Part shown: positions 49,358 through 59,030 of the stretch, piece by piece
How the letters are laid out: every line of letters starts with the position of its first letter
How positions within the stretch are numbered: position 1 is the stretch's first letter
Assembly: GCA_049322915.1 (NCBI GenBank)
Contig: JBMOPW010000016.1
Coordinates: 103,971-167,970, forward strand
Length of the DNA stretch: 64,000 bases
From: Candidatus Zhuqueibacterota bacterium
GTDB taxonomy: Bacteria; Zhuqueibacterota; Zhuqueibacteria; Thermofontimicrobiales; Thermofontimicrobiaceae
Direction of reading: 5' to 3'
The notes under the pieces: model-generated
Database searches by the model: none
The model's input: only the letters and a program-made list of their open reading frames with translations
What the model was told of the DNA's origin: nothing
Position numbers and translations under genes: made by a program

Positions 49358-49682
49358 GGGTTCAGACGGAATAGTAAAATTTTGGCGACTGAATGGAGAA
49401 TCGGCTCAGTGAGTTAAATGTCTCCAGTTCTTCGTTCGATAATATTTGGTTGAGGTCGCAGTCGCATTCTACACCCGGGATAGCCACTCCCGGTGATCTG
49501 CTGAATGTCGCGGTACAGGATGCTGCTGCAGCAATGCCCTGATTTGTCGCTCAAATTTTATGGGCTGCGTCGGTCATCTCCGTGAATTGCCGGCACGATG
49601 TCCGTAAAAACGTGTTAAATAATACACATATATTTTTACAAATGCAAGGCATTTATGCCCAGGCATTGCAATGAGATTCCGC

Positions 49683-49711
49683 TTGCATTTTTCAGGACAA
49701 TTTAATATATT
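49683..49711 (+). promoter_or_regulatory. Promoter TTGCAT-N17-TATATT
   Basis: Motif upstream of the ferredoxin/aor operon. Confidence 0.6.
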
Positions 49712-49788
49712 TGTGCCCTTCGCGGCTGTGAATAATCTATTAAAAAATTTAGATGTTAACGTATGACTGACGTCATGGAGGTTAATGC

Positions 49789-50172
49789 ATGAGAATTAAA
49801 GTGAATAAGAGTGCCTGCACCGGGTGCCGGCTGTGTCGACAGATATGTGCGATTCACCATTTCAATGAAATTAACCCGAGAAAAGCAGCGCTCAGGATCG
49901 AAGCGAAATTCCCTGAGCCCGGTACGTTCCGTCCTCGAGTGTGCACACAATGTGGCAAGTGCGCTGAAGCCTGTCCTGAGAACGCGATCTACGAAAAAGA
50001 TGGCATTTATTTTATTGATGAGGACAAATGCACGCGCTGCCTGGTCTGTGTCGATGCCTGTCCGTTTGGCGTCATGTTCGTCCATGAGGATGTCAGCATT
50101 CCCATCAAATGCGATTATTGTTTCAAATGCACGGATCTGTGCAATACAGGTGCGATTGTCCGGGTGGATTAG
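49789..50172 (+). CDS. Poly-4Fe-4S ferredoxin subunit (AorA-like)
   Basis: Four CxxC-based cluster motifs; upstream of AOR. Confidence 0.92.
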   Translation: MRIKVNKSACTGCRLCRQICAIHHFNEINPRKAALRIEAKFPEPGTFRPRVCTQCGKCAEACPENAIYEKDGIYFIDEDKCTRCLVCVDACPFGVMFVHEDVSIPIKCDYCFKCTDLCNTGAIVRVD

Positions 50173-50383
50173 CACGGCATCGCATCGGATGATGCAAGAT
50201 GAATTCACTGAAGTGTATCAATTATCAGCCTGAATTTCTGGCCCATCGCGCGATGCCTTTGAGGATGAGTTCTGCAACAGTGCGATGCAGAGATGACATG
50301 AAACCTGCCTCCCTGCATGGTTACGATGGAAGCGTCAGGTGCGCTTGTGAAATTCAGATGATCACAAATAGAGGAGAAGCGTT

Positions 50384-52297
50384 ATGTATGGTTTTGCCGG
50401 ACACATGTTGCGGATCAATTTGAAAACAGGAAAAATAGATAAACAACCGCTGCCGGAACAATTTGCAAAAGAATGGCTCGGAGCGCGCGGCATGGTTGCA
50501 AAAATTTTGTACGACGAGGTGCCGCGGAATGCGGATCCATTAGGCCCTGAAAATAAATTCATCGTGGCGCCGGGCGTGCTCACTGGCACATTTGTAGCGG
50601 CCGGCTCGAAGTGCGGGTTCGGCGCGATTTCGCCGGCGACCAATGGCCATGCCGACGCCAGCGTGGGCGGCCATTTGGGTCCGGAGTTGAAATTCGCCGG
50701 CTATGACCTCATCGTATTCGATGACGTGTCCCCAAAGCCGGTCTTTTTATTCATCGAAGACGAGCGAGTCGAATTGCGCTCAGCCGAACACCTCTGGGGC
50801 AAGGGCTCCATCGATACCGAGAAGCAGTTGAAAACTGAACTGGGCGATGATTTTGAAATTGCTACCATCGGGCCGGCCGGGGAAAATGGCGTTGTCTTTG
50901 CCTGCATCACCCACGATTTCGGGCGGAACGCCGGCCGATGCGGCATTGGCGCTGTGATGGGTTCGAAGAAAATCAAAGCCATTGCCGTGAAAGGCACGCA
51001 TTCGTTCCCGGTTTACGACTTGAAATCACTGACTGCACAGACCGAAGCGATTATTCAGCGCACCAAACCACATCCGAACATGGCGCCTTGGCAGAAATAC
51101 GGCACTGCTCTGTTTGTGGGCTGGTCCAATGACCAGGCCGCCTTTCCAACGAAAAATTTCCAATCGTCCTATTTTGACAAATGGCCGACAATCGACGGGG
51201 AGAAGTTAGTCGAGGAATGTGTCGTGTCGGATAAAGCCTGCTTCGGCTGCTGGATGAATTGCGGCAAATATTCCAAGGCAAAAACCCGGCACGGCGACAT
51301 TTACATCGAAGGGCCTGAATACGAGACAATTGCCCTCATCGGCGGTAGCTGCGCCATGACCAATATCCACGATGTGACGTTTGGAAATTACCTGTGCGAC
51401 AATCTGGGCATGGACACGATCAGCGGCGGCAGCGTGGTGGCCTTTGCGATGGAATGTTATGAAAAAGGCATCATCACCAGAGATGACCTGGAAGGACATG
51501 AGATGCGCTGGGGCAGTATCGATGATTTCGAATTTTTGCTGAACAAAATTGCCAATCAGGACGGGATCGGAAGGATATTTGCCAAAGGCACTCGCGGCGC
51601 CGCGGAAATTTTGGGCAAAGATTCCATCAAATTCGCGATGCAGCAGAAGGGGATGGAGAGCAGCGGCTACGAATCGCGCTGGGCGCCTTCCATGCTTTTG
51701 TCGTTCATGACCGCCGACATCGGCGCGCATCACAACCGAAGCTGGAGCATCACCGTGGATCTGGAACTGGGCCGCGACGAAGTGAAGGGCAAGGCCCCTG
51801 TGGTGGTGTATCTGCAGCACATTCGGCCGCTGTACGACGCGCTCAGCATTTGCCGCCTGTTCTGGGGCGAACTGGACGTGATGCCAAATGAGTACGTCGA
51901 ATCCTTGAATTACGTCACCGGCTGGAATACCACCGAAGAGGCATTGATGCGTATCTCCGAGAAAATCTGGAACCTGACGCGAGCGCATTATCTCCAGCGG
52001 AATGGCGGCCCTGGCCGCAAACACGATATACCGCCAGCCCGCTACTACGAAGAACAAATACCCGATGGCCCGGCAAAGGGAAAGGTGCTGTCGCTTGAGC
52101 AGATCAATCTCATGCTCGACGAATATTACGCAGCGCGCGGCTGGGATAAAAATGGTAATCCCACAGAGGCGCTGCTCCTAGATCTGGGACTGGATTCGAT
52201 CGTGGACGATTTGAAAAAGATCGGCCAGCTCGGTGCGCCGTTGCCCAACGGGATTCCCAAAGTTCGCGGCCAGAAATTGAAGCCCAAAGCCATGTAG
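50384..52297 (+). CDS. aor: Aldehyde:ferredoxin oxidoreductase family (tungstopterin)
   Basis: MYGFAG.MLRINL, IGPAGEN, GR.G.GAVMGSKKIKAI, C.GC..NC, EGPEYET, GMDTIS, YYAARGWD. Confidence 0.95.
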   Translation: MYGFAGHMLRINLKTGKIDKQPLPEQFAKEWLGARGMVAKILYDEVPRNADPLGPENKFIVAPGVLTGTFVAAGSKCGFGAISPATNGHADASVGGHLGPELKFAGYDLIVFDDVSPKPVFLFIEDERVELRSAEHLWGKGSIDTEKQLKTELGDDFEIATIGPAGENGVVFACITHDFGRNAGRCGIGAVMGSKKIKAIAVKGTHSFPVYDLKSLTAQTEAIIQRTKPHPNMAPWQKYGTALFVGWSNDQAAFPTKNFQSSYFDKWPTIDGEKLVEECVVSDKACFGCWMNCGKYSKAKTRHGDIYIEGPEYETIALIGGSCAMTNIHDVTFGNYLCDNLGMDTISGGSVVAFAMECYEKGIITRDDLEGHEMRWGSIDDFEFLLNKIANQDGIGRIFAKGTRGAAEILGKDSIKFAMQQKGMESSGYESRWAPSMLLSFMTADIGAHHNRSWSITVDLELGRDEVKGKAPVVVYLQHIRPLYDALSICRLFWGELDVMPNEYVESLNYVTGWNTTEEALMRISEKIWNLTRAHYLQRNGGPGRKHDIPPARYYEEQIPDGPAKGKVLSLEQINLMLDEYYAARGWDKNGNPTEALLLDLGLDSIVDDLKKIGQLGAPLPNGIPKVRGQKLKPKAM

Positions 52298-52409
52298 GAT
52301 GTTGTCGACGCTCCTGAGAAACATGCGGAACGCCAGAGAGAGAAAGAACAGGCAATTTTACCTGATAGTAATTTGAAAGTAATATCTTCCCACCAGTGAG
52401 AAAGGCGAG

Positions 52410-52649
52410 ATGGTTATTTACCTGAAATCAGGCGGCAAACTGCGGGAAAAATTGAAACCCGATGTTGATCAGTACACCCGGCGCATCGAAATCCGGGAGG
52501 GAATGTCATTGCAGGAAATCCTTGCTGAATTTGATATTCCCAAAGAGCACATCGCGTTTGCCTTTGTGGATGGCCGATTCAAACGATTGGATTATCGTCC
52601 CGTGAACGGACAGACAATCACGCTGCAACCCCCGGTATCCGGAGGGTGA
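52410..52649 (+). CDS. MoaD/ThiS-family sulfur carrier
   Basis: 79 aa ubiquitin-like protein ending PPVSGG. Confidence 0.9.
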   Translation: MVIYLKSGGKLREKLKPDVDQYTRRIEIREGMSLQEILAEFDIPKEHIAFAFVDGRFKRLDYRPVNGQTITLQPPVSGG

Positions 52650-53215
52650 GCCATTTGGATTTCGTCTCGACATTATTCATCGCATTGGCCCTGGCAATTG
52701 ACGCCTTCACTGTGGCGCTGACATGCGGCCTGATCATTGGTCGCATAACCTTTCGCCACACCTTTCGCATTGGTTTTCATTTTGGCCTGTTTCAATTTTT
52801 CATGCCGATAGTGGGTTGGCTGGCCGGTACGACTGTGCACGGATTGATTGCCTCGTTCGATCACTGGATCGCGTTTTTGCTGCTCGCCGGCATCGGCGGC
52901 AAAATGATTCGCGATGCCAATTCTATTGGCGAGACCAGGATAAAATCTGACCCTTCGAGAGGATGGAGTCTTGTGCTTTTCTCCATTGCCACCAGCATCG
53001 ATGCGCTGGCCGTGGGATTGAGCTTGGGGCTGCTCCATGTTTCCATCTTGTTTCCGGCCGTAGTCATCGGCGTGACCACCCTGCTGCTTTCCACCCTGGG
53101 AATTAACATCGGAAATCGATTGGGCAATGTCTTCAAAAAGGATGTAGAAATCGTCGGGGGCGTCATACTCATTGGAATCGGGCTGCGCATCCTGTATGAG
53201 CATCTCCTCGGCTGA
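52646..53215 (+). CDS. mntP: Manganese efflux pump MntP family
   Basis: ALAIDAF, FG.FQ..MP..GW, ATSIDALAVG. Confidence 0.9.
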   Translation: MSHLDFVSTLFIALALAIDAFTVALTCGLIIGRITFRHTFRIGFHFGLFQFFMPIVGWLAGTTVHGLIASFDHWIAFLLLAGIGGKMIRDANSIGETRIKSDPSRGWSLVLFSIATSIDALAVGLSLGLLHVSILFPAVVIGVTTLLLSTLGINIGNRLGNVFKKDVEIVGGVILIGIGLRILYEHLLG

Positions 53216-53481
53216 GCATGCGCTGCGGATTTCGTGACGTTCTGAACCGAATGAATGTCAGGCCTGCTTCCGGTCTGCAAAGCCATTTCCTTCCATATAT
53301 TATCATTTCATTGTTGCGAACCAGAAAATCTCCTGAGGCGCTTCCATTGATTTCAGGAGCATTTCGCGCCCGATAGAGTGGGATGTTGGACGCAACTTCC
53401 GACCGAAAAAATTCAACCCGCGAGTGGGTCTTTCTGTTTAACCTTCTGATTTTGAAAAACTAAAACTGGCCGCTTGAATTG

Positions 53482-53497
53482 TGGCATTCATCTTGCA
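53482..53497 (+). promoter_or_regulatory. Sigma54 (-24/-12) promoter
   Basis: TGGCAT-TCATC-TTGCA with exact GG-N10-GC spacing, 35 nt before ATG 53532. Confidence 0.75.
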
Positions 53498-53531
53498 GGG
53501 AACACAGGCAAATAACCTGGAGAAGAACTCT

Positions 53532-53924
53532 ATGCGCCTGGCGATGGCTGCTTATTACAACAGGGTTGCATCACTTTTTGAGGCATCCGATCGGTTTGAA
53601 ATTGTCGATATCGAAGGGGGCGGCATTGGGGAGAGAAAATCGGTCGCCATCACCAACAATGAAGTGCTGGCGATGGTTGAACTGCTCAAGGAGCATCACG
53701 TAGGTGTGCTGATTTGCGGCGCTATCAGCGGCTGTACATTTCAAGCGGTTGAATTCAGCAGCATCAAGGTGTTTCCCTGGGTGACCGGGGAGATGGAAAA
53801 AGTCCTGAGCGCATACCTCGCCGGAACGATGGATAGCTGCCTGATGCCTGGCTGTATGGGCCGGCATGGTCGCAGAATGGGAAGGTCCGGTGGGCGCAGA
53901 GGATTCAGGAATATGATTCATTGA
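53532..53924 (+). CDS. NifB/NifX (MTH1175-like) family protein
   Basis: MRLAMA...RVASLFE, VLICGAIS, Gly/Arg-rich tail after MPGC. Confidence 0.8.
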   Translation: MRLAMAAYYNRVASLFEASDRFEIVDIEGGGIGERKSVAITNNEVLAMVELLKEHHVGVLICGAISGCTFQAVEFSSIKVFPWVTGEMEKVLSAYLAGTMDSCLMPGCMGRHGRRMGRSGGRRGFRNMIH

Positions 53925-53955
53925 TTTTATTCATGAACAAAAAAAAGGAACAGAA

Positions 53956-54321
53956 ATGAAAGTAGCAGTGACAGCAGTCGGTCCTGATTGGGACTCAAAG
54001 GTCGATCCCCGCTTCGGCAGGGCGCAATATTTTCTTTTCATCGATATCGAGACAATGAAGCTGGAGTCGTTTCAGAATACCGGGAAGGATTCCATGCATG
54101 GCGCAGGCATTCAATCCGGCCAATTGATGAGCGACAAGGGTGTGTCCGCAGTGATCACCGGACAGGTGGGCCCGAATGCATATCAAACGCTGTCTGCAAC
54201 CGGCATAAAAATCTACAAGGCCGGTGAGATCACCGTGAAAGAAGCGATTGAAAGTTACAAGAAGGGTGGGCTCTCTGAATCATCAGAAATGGGGCCGGCG
54301 CACGGCGGAATGCGAAGTTAA
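53956..54321 (+). CDS. NifB/NifX family protein (Orange-protein-like)
   Basis: MKVAVTA...VDPRFGRAQYF, GAGIQ, VITGQVGPNA, AH.G C-terminus. Confidence 0.9.
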   Translation: MKVAVTAVGPDWDSKVDPRFGRAQYFLFIDIETMKLESFQNTGKDSMHGAGIQSGQLMSDKGVSAVITGQVGPNAYQTLSATGIKIYKAGEITVKEAIESYKKGGLSESSEMGPAHGGMRS

Positions 54322-54408
54322 ATCAACCAGTCAGAATTGAGCGCTTTTTCTGCCGGGAAGTATTGTCAATGTTACGTTAATTTTAATCACACTACGGAGG
54401 TGACTCAC

Positions 54409-54633
54409 ATGCCAGGAAGAGATGGAACCGGGCCAGGAGGCCAGGGGCCTGGAACAGGCGCTGGAGGTGGAAAAGGCGGCGGCCGCGGACGCATGGGTGG
54501 TTCGCGACCAGGCGCCGGACCTTCAGGGAATTGTGTTTGTCCTTCATGCGGCGCTGTTGTTCCCCATCAGCGCAGCGTTCCGTGCTACGAAATCGATTGC
54601 CCGAAATGTGGCTCAAAAATGGCGCGGCAATAA
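54409..54633 (+). CDS. Small Gly-rich DUF5320-like protein with Cys-rich C-terminus
   Basis: GGAGGTG RBS; MPGRDGTGP...GPSGNCVCPSCG..VPH...PC...CPKCG. Confidence 0.8.
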   Translation: MPGRDGTGPGGQGPGTGAGGGKGGGRGRMGGSRPGAGPSGNCVCPSCGAVVPHQRSVPCYEIDCPKCGSKMARQ

Positions 54634-54682
54634 AAAATAATAAACCATGATTCAATGAAAAATATGGAAGGAGGTGGTATCG

Positions 54683-55018
54683 ATGCCAGGTGGAGATAGA
54701 ACCGGTCCGTTGGGATTGGGACCGAGAACAGGGCGCGGCGCCGGCTATTGCGCCGGATCTGCGCTGCCGGGATATGCCAATCCCTGGCCTGCCGGCGGTT
54801 ACTGGGGCTTCGGACGCGGCGGTGGTCGCGGCCACAGACACATGTACTACGCGACGGGTTTGCCCTATTGGGCGCGATTCACCGGGGCTGCTTTTGCCCC
54901 GCATGAACCGGAGTCCGAGCTTCAAATCCTGAGGGAGCAGGCTGATTATTTTCAAAACATGCTCAAGAACATTCAGGACCGAATGAATGACATTGAAGCG
55001 AAACTTGAGAAAAAGTAA
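54683..55018 (+). CDS. DUF5320-family protein
   Basis: MPGGDRTGPLGLGPRTGRGAGYCAG, C-terminal coiled coil. Confidence 0.88.
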   Translation: MPGGDRTGPLGLGPRTGRGAGYCAGSALPGYANPWPAGGYWGFGRGGGRGHRHMYYATGLPYWARFTGAAFAPHEPESELQILREQADYFQNMLKNIQDRMNDIEAKLEKK

Positions 55019-55335
55019 GTTGAATTAGCTGGTCTCGAAAAATTTAGAGGTTAGGGCTAAGATAAAACGATTCGTCATTGGGCGCTGGGAATGTCCATAC
55101 ATGATGAATCCAACTCAAATCCTCCTTATTTGGTGCTTAGTCTTAACCTCTTTTTTTAAGGAAAGCATCCGTTATTAATTAACTCCTGCAGAAAATTTTA
55201 TTTTGAAAACGATAAAATTTTTCTTATCTTGGGGATTCATTTTCCTCACATGAGGCTGAATCGATTCCAATTCTAATGGGTAAGAAAACATTAAAACGGG
55301 TCGGGTTCATAATTCACGATGACAGGAGTTAATGC

Positions 55336-56295
55336 ATGAGAAGAGTTCTGGTGACAGGCGCCGGCGGGCAAATTGGCTCTGAACTGACAATTGTTTTACG
55401 GCAACGATATGGTGATGGCCACGTAGTTGCGTCCGATATCAATCCCAATGTAGACCAGGGGCTGCGCGATTCGGGTCCCTTCGAAATCTTCGATTGTCGC
55501 GATTCAAAAGAACTGGCGACGGTCGTACAAAAATATGGCATTACAGACATTTACCACCTTGCGGCGCTTCTCTCTGCAGTGGCGGAGAAGAATCCCCAGC
55601 GCGCCTGGGATGTGAATATCAATGGTCTCTACAATGTTCTGGAAGTTGCTCGCGAACATCGCTCCAGCGTTTTTACTCCCAGTTCCATTGGCGCCTTCGG
55701 GCCCACGACCCCGGTCAACGACACGCCCCAGGATACAATTCAACGGCCTCAAACCATGTACGGAATCACCAAAGTGGCCGGCGAGTTGCTATGCGATTAC
55801 TATTTCAAAAAGTATGGTGTGGATACGCGCGGCGTGCGCTATCCCGGAATAATTTCGTACAAAACCCTGCCCGGCGGTGGCACCACGGATTACGCTGTGG
55901 AAATCTATTACGAAGCCATCAGGAAGAAACGATACACCTGTTATTTGAAGGCTGGAACCTATCTGGACATGATGTACATGCCGGACGCAATCAGAGCCGC
56001 AATCGATTTGATGGAAGCCGATCCGGCGAAACTCGTTCACCGAAATGCATTCAACGTATCAGCCATGAGCATTGCGCCGGAAGACATCGCTGCCGCCATT
56101 CAGCGCACCATCCCGGAATTCACCATCGATTTTCACATCGATCCAATTCGCCAGGCCATTGCAGATTCGTGGCCGAACACTATGGATGATAGCGTCGCGC
56201 GGCATGAATGGGGCTGGAAGCCAGACTTTGATTTGGAATCGATGACAGAGGAAATGCTCGTGAATCTGGCGCAGAAAATTCAACCTGCGGAATGA
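55336..56295 (+). CDS. L-threonine 3-dehydrogenase (SDR/epimerase type)
   Basis: GAGGQIG, HLAALLSA, PSSIGAFG, YGITK, PGGGTTDYAV. Confidence 0.9.
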   Translation: MRRVLVTGAGGQIGSELTIVLRQRYGDGHVVASDINPNVDQGLRDSGPFEIFDCRDSKELATVVQKYGITDIYHLAALLSAVAEKNPQRAWDVNINGLYNVLEVAREHRSSVFTPSSIGAFGPTTPVNDTPQDTIQRPQTMYGITKVAGELLCDYYFKKYGVDTRGVRYPGIISYKTLPGGGTTDYAVEIYYEAIRKKRYTCYLKAGTYLDMMYMPDAIRAAIDLMEADPAKLVHRNAFNVSAMSIAPEDIAAAIQRTIPEFTIDFHIDPIRQAIADSWPNTMDDSVARHEWGWKPDFDLESMTEEMLVNLAQKIQPAE

Positions 56296-56330
56296 TTCAA
56301 CATGCGTAATGGAGAAGTGAAAAGGAAAGT

Positions 56331-57200
56331 ATGGCGATAGATCGGATTGAAGCGACTTATGCGTGCGTGACCTGCGCGATTGGAAGTCTGGTGACATTGT
56401 TCGAAAAAGGCCTTGTCCCTGAGGCGAAGAAGGACTTGACCATGCGGGCGGTGCTGAAGTATTTCAGCGATTTGGAGTACAAACAATCTCCGCCGCGCAT
56501 TGGCAAAGAAATGCATCGCGTCATTCGGGAAGTCATTGGCAATGATGACCCATACAAAGAGGTGAAAGCCCATTTCAATCAATTTCTCCTGGATCAATTG
56601 CCGGAATTGAAACAAAGAGTGATCGCTGCGGACGATCCCTTTCAATTAGCGCTGCGGCTGGCCATTGCTGGCAACATCATCGATTTCGGGCCCAACGAAA
56701 AGTTTGATATCGATGCTACAATGGAAAAGGCGAAATCCGTTTCCCCGGCCATTGATGACTCCGAGGGACTGCGGCGCGCAATTTCCGGGGCAACGTCGAT
56801 TCTGTACCTCGGCGACAATGCCGGCGAAATTGTGATGGATCGGCTCTTTTTAGAAACGATCCGGCATCCGAATGTCTATTTTGCCGTGCGGCATTCGCCG
56901 ATCATCAATGATGTCACGTTTGAGGACGCGCGGATGGTGGGAATTGACCGCATGGCCACGGTGATTTCCAACGGAGACAATGCTCCGGGGACGATTCTGG
57001 AAAATACATCTGCAGAATTTCAGGAGTTGTTCAATGGCGTCGATCTGATCATTTCCAAAGGCCAGGGCAATTTCGAGGGCCTGAGCGTATGTCAGAGAAA
57101 TATCTATTTTTTATTGATGGTGAAATGCGACCATGTGGGTTCCTTTCTGAAGGTGAAGAAGGGCGATTTTGTAGTGAAAAAGGGGAATGCTGTTAAGTGA
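56331..57200 (+). CDS. ARMT1/DUF89 damage-control phosphatase
   Basis: C..C, DPY, AIAGNIIDFG, DNAGE, PIINDV, ISKGQGNFE. Confidence 0.9.
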   Translation: MAIDRIEATYACVTCAIGSLVTLFEKGLVPEAKKDLTMRAVLKYFSDLEYKQSPPRIGKEMHRVIREVIGNDDPYKEVKAHFNQFLLDQLPELKQRVIAADDPFQLALRLAIAGNIIDFGPNEKFDIDATMEKAKSVSPAIDDSEGLRRAISGATSILYLGDNAGEIVMDRLFLETIRHPNVYFAVRHSPIINDVTFEDARMVGIDRMATVISNGDNAPGTILENTSAEFQELFNGVDLIISKGQGNFEGLSVCQRNIYFLLMVKCDHVGSFLKVKKGDFVVKKGNAVK

Positions 57201-57412
57201 TTTTTTATTTTTCATAAATTAAGCGGTCAGCCTACAGCGATCCGCGCTCGGCTAAAGAAATAACACTGCGTTAAATACATGCAGTTAATTCAATTAAAAA
57301 ATGAAAAAGTTTGCCAGGCTTATCTGATTGATTTTTTTAAGAGCTGAAAGCTGACAGCGAAGCGCTCAATTTTGGTTTTTATAATGCACACGTACCATCG
57401 AGGAATAAATAA

Positions 57413-57610
57413 ATGCCTACTTATGATTTTAAATGCAGTCACTGCGGTTATTCGTTTGAGGTGTTTCGGAGCATCACAGATGAATCGGAAGTGAAATGCC
57501 CGCAGTGTGGGGAGTAGGTCGACCTGGTCATTGGTAAAGGATCTGGTATTATTTTTAAAGGGAATGGCTTTTATACAACGGATTATAAAAAGAAAAACAG
57601 CATCTCATGA
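57413..57610 (+). pseudogene. FmdB-family zinc-ribbon gene with in-frame TAG (57515-57517)
   Basis: MPTYDFKCSHCG...KCPQCGE*VDLVIGKGSGIIFKGNGFYTTDYKKKNSIS; not in ORF track. Confidence 0.8.
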
Positions 57611-58083
57611 AATCATCGAGCCAGAAGAAAATTGAAAATATAAAGACGTGGATTCGGTTAGGATTTTCCCTGCCGAACCACGCTGAGATAAAAGTACGGG
57701 AAAGCGACGGGGCAGCAGTCGCGGATCGCAAGACAATCATCGAAATCCTGTTGGATCATGGCGATCCCAGGCAATTTGAAATTGATGTCCCCCTTGAAAG
57801 TGTGTCGCGCCGGCATGTTTACAAATTGATCGAGCAGGAAGTGGAAACCAGGGGAGAAAAACGATCCGTGATGGGCAAGGTCATTCGCTTCTTTGCCTGG
57901 TGGTTCGGATTTTCGAGCCTGTACGCCACGTTTGCGGTTTGTCCATTTTGTGGGCAACTCGGCTGCCCGGTCGGCATGGGCAGCGCCGGATTTGTTGGGG
58001 GATTTTTCGCATTGCTCATGCAGGACTGGAAAAACATGATTGGTTATCTGCGGACGCGATTTTCGCGCGTCAGCAAAGCCTGA
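57607..58083 (+). CDS. Hypothetical membrane protein with CPFCGQLGCP motif
   Basis: ATGA-coupled to the upstream gene; two hydrophobic segments flank the Cys motif. Confidence 0.7.
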   Translation: MKSSSQKKIENIKTWIRLGFSLPNHAEIKVRESDGAAVADRKTIIEILLDHGDPRQFEIDVPLESVSRRHVYKLIEQEVETRGEKRSVMGKVIRFFAWWFGFSSLYATFAVCPFCGQLGCPVGMGSAGFVGGFFALLMQDWKNMIGYLRTRFSRVSKA

Positions 58084-58158
58084 AAGCTGAACCAGCTAAC
58101 TTGGGTCGTTACAAAAAAATTCTGGTATAATTTTGATAAAAGGAAATTGGAGGAAATT

Positions 58159-59025
58159 ATGAATCAACATGGTGGACAATCGGCTAATGATCGATTATTG
58201 CAGCAGCAAATTCAGGATCAGGCTATCAAAGATAACATGGCCCGGATTAAACATAAAATTGTCGTAATGAGTGGAAAGGGCGGCGTCGGGAAGAGCACGG
58301 TTTCGACCAATCTGGCATTTGGTCTTTCAAAAGAAGGGCGGAAAGTTGGATTGCTGGACACGGACATTCACGGCCCGTCATTGGGAAAAATGTTGGGCAT
58401 TGAGGGGCAATTTTTGAAACCGTCCGAAAAAGGAATGGGACTGCTGCCGGTGGAAGTGGCGAATATCAAAGTGGTTACCATGGCATCGCTGTTGCAGGAT
58501 GCGGATGCGCCGGTCATTTGGCGCGGTCCTCTGAAAATGGGCGCCATCAAGCAGTTTCTGGGTGAGATTGAATGGGGCGATCTGGATTATCTCATCATCG
58601 ATTCGCCGCCGGGAACCGGGGACGAGCCGCTGAGTGTGTGCCAACTCATTCCCGAAGCGGCAGGTTCCATCATCGTGACCACGCCCCAGGACGTAGCGCT
58701 GATCGATTCCCGCAAGACGGTGAAATTTTCCCAGGCGTTGAAAATTCCTGTGCTGGGCATTATTGAAAATATGAGCGGTTTAAAATGCCCGCATTGCGGT
58801 AAAGCGATCAACCTGTTCAAAATTGGCGGTGGTGAGAAAGCGGCCGCCAATATGGGGATGGACTTTCTGGGAAGGATCCCCATTGAACCGGACATTGTGA
58901 TTGCCAGCGATGAGGGTCGGGCTTATATCAATGAAAATGGAAATCAGGAAGCGGCTCAAAGCATGCAGGCTATCGTTCAAAAAGTGATGCGGAAGGTTGA
59001 AAAAGCAAACCATAGCGGGAGTTAA
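58159..59025 (+). CDS. mrp: Mrp/NBP35 (ApbC) Fe-S carrier ATPase
   Basis: [36 protein letters not shown]. Confidence 0.95.
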   Translation: MNQHGGQSANDRLLQQQIQDQAIKDNMARIKHKIVVMSGKGGVGKSTVSTNLAFGLSKEGRKVGLLDTDIHGPSLGKMLGIEGQFLKPSEKGMGLLPVEVANIKVVTMASLLQDADAPVIWRGPLKMGAIKQFLGEIEWGDLDYLIIDSPPGTGDEPLSVCQLIPEAAGSIIVTTPQDVALIDSRKTVKFSQALKIPVLGIIENMSGLKCPHCGKAINLFKIGGGEKAAANMGMDFLGRIPIEPDIVIASDEGRAYINENGNQEAAQSMQAIVQKVMRKVEKANHSGS

Positions 59026-59030
59026 ACTGC

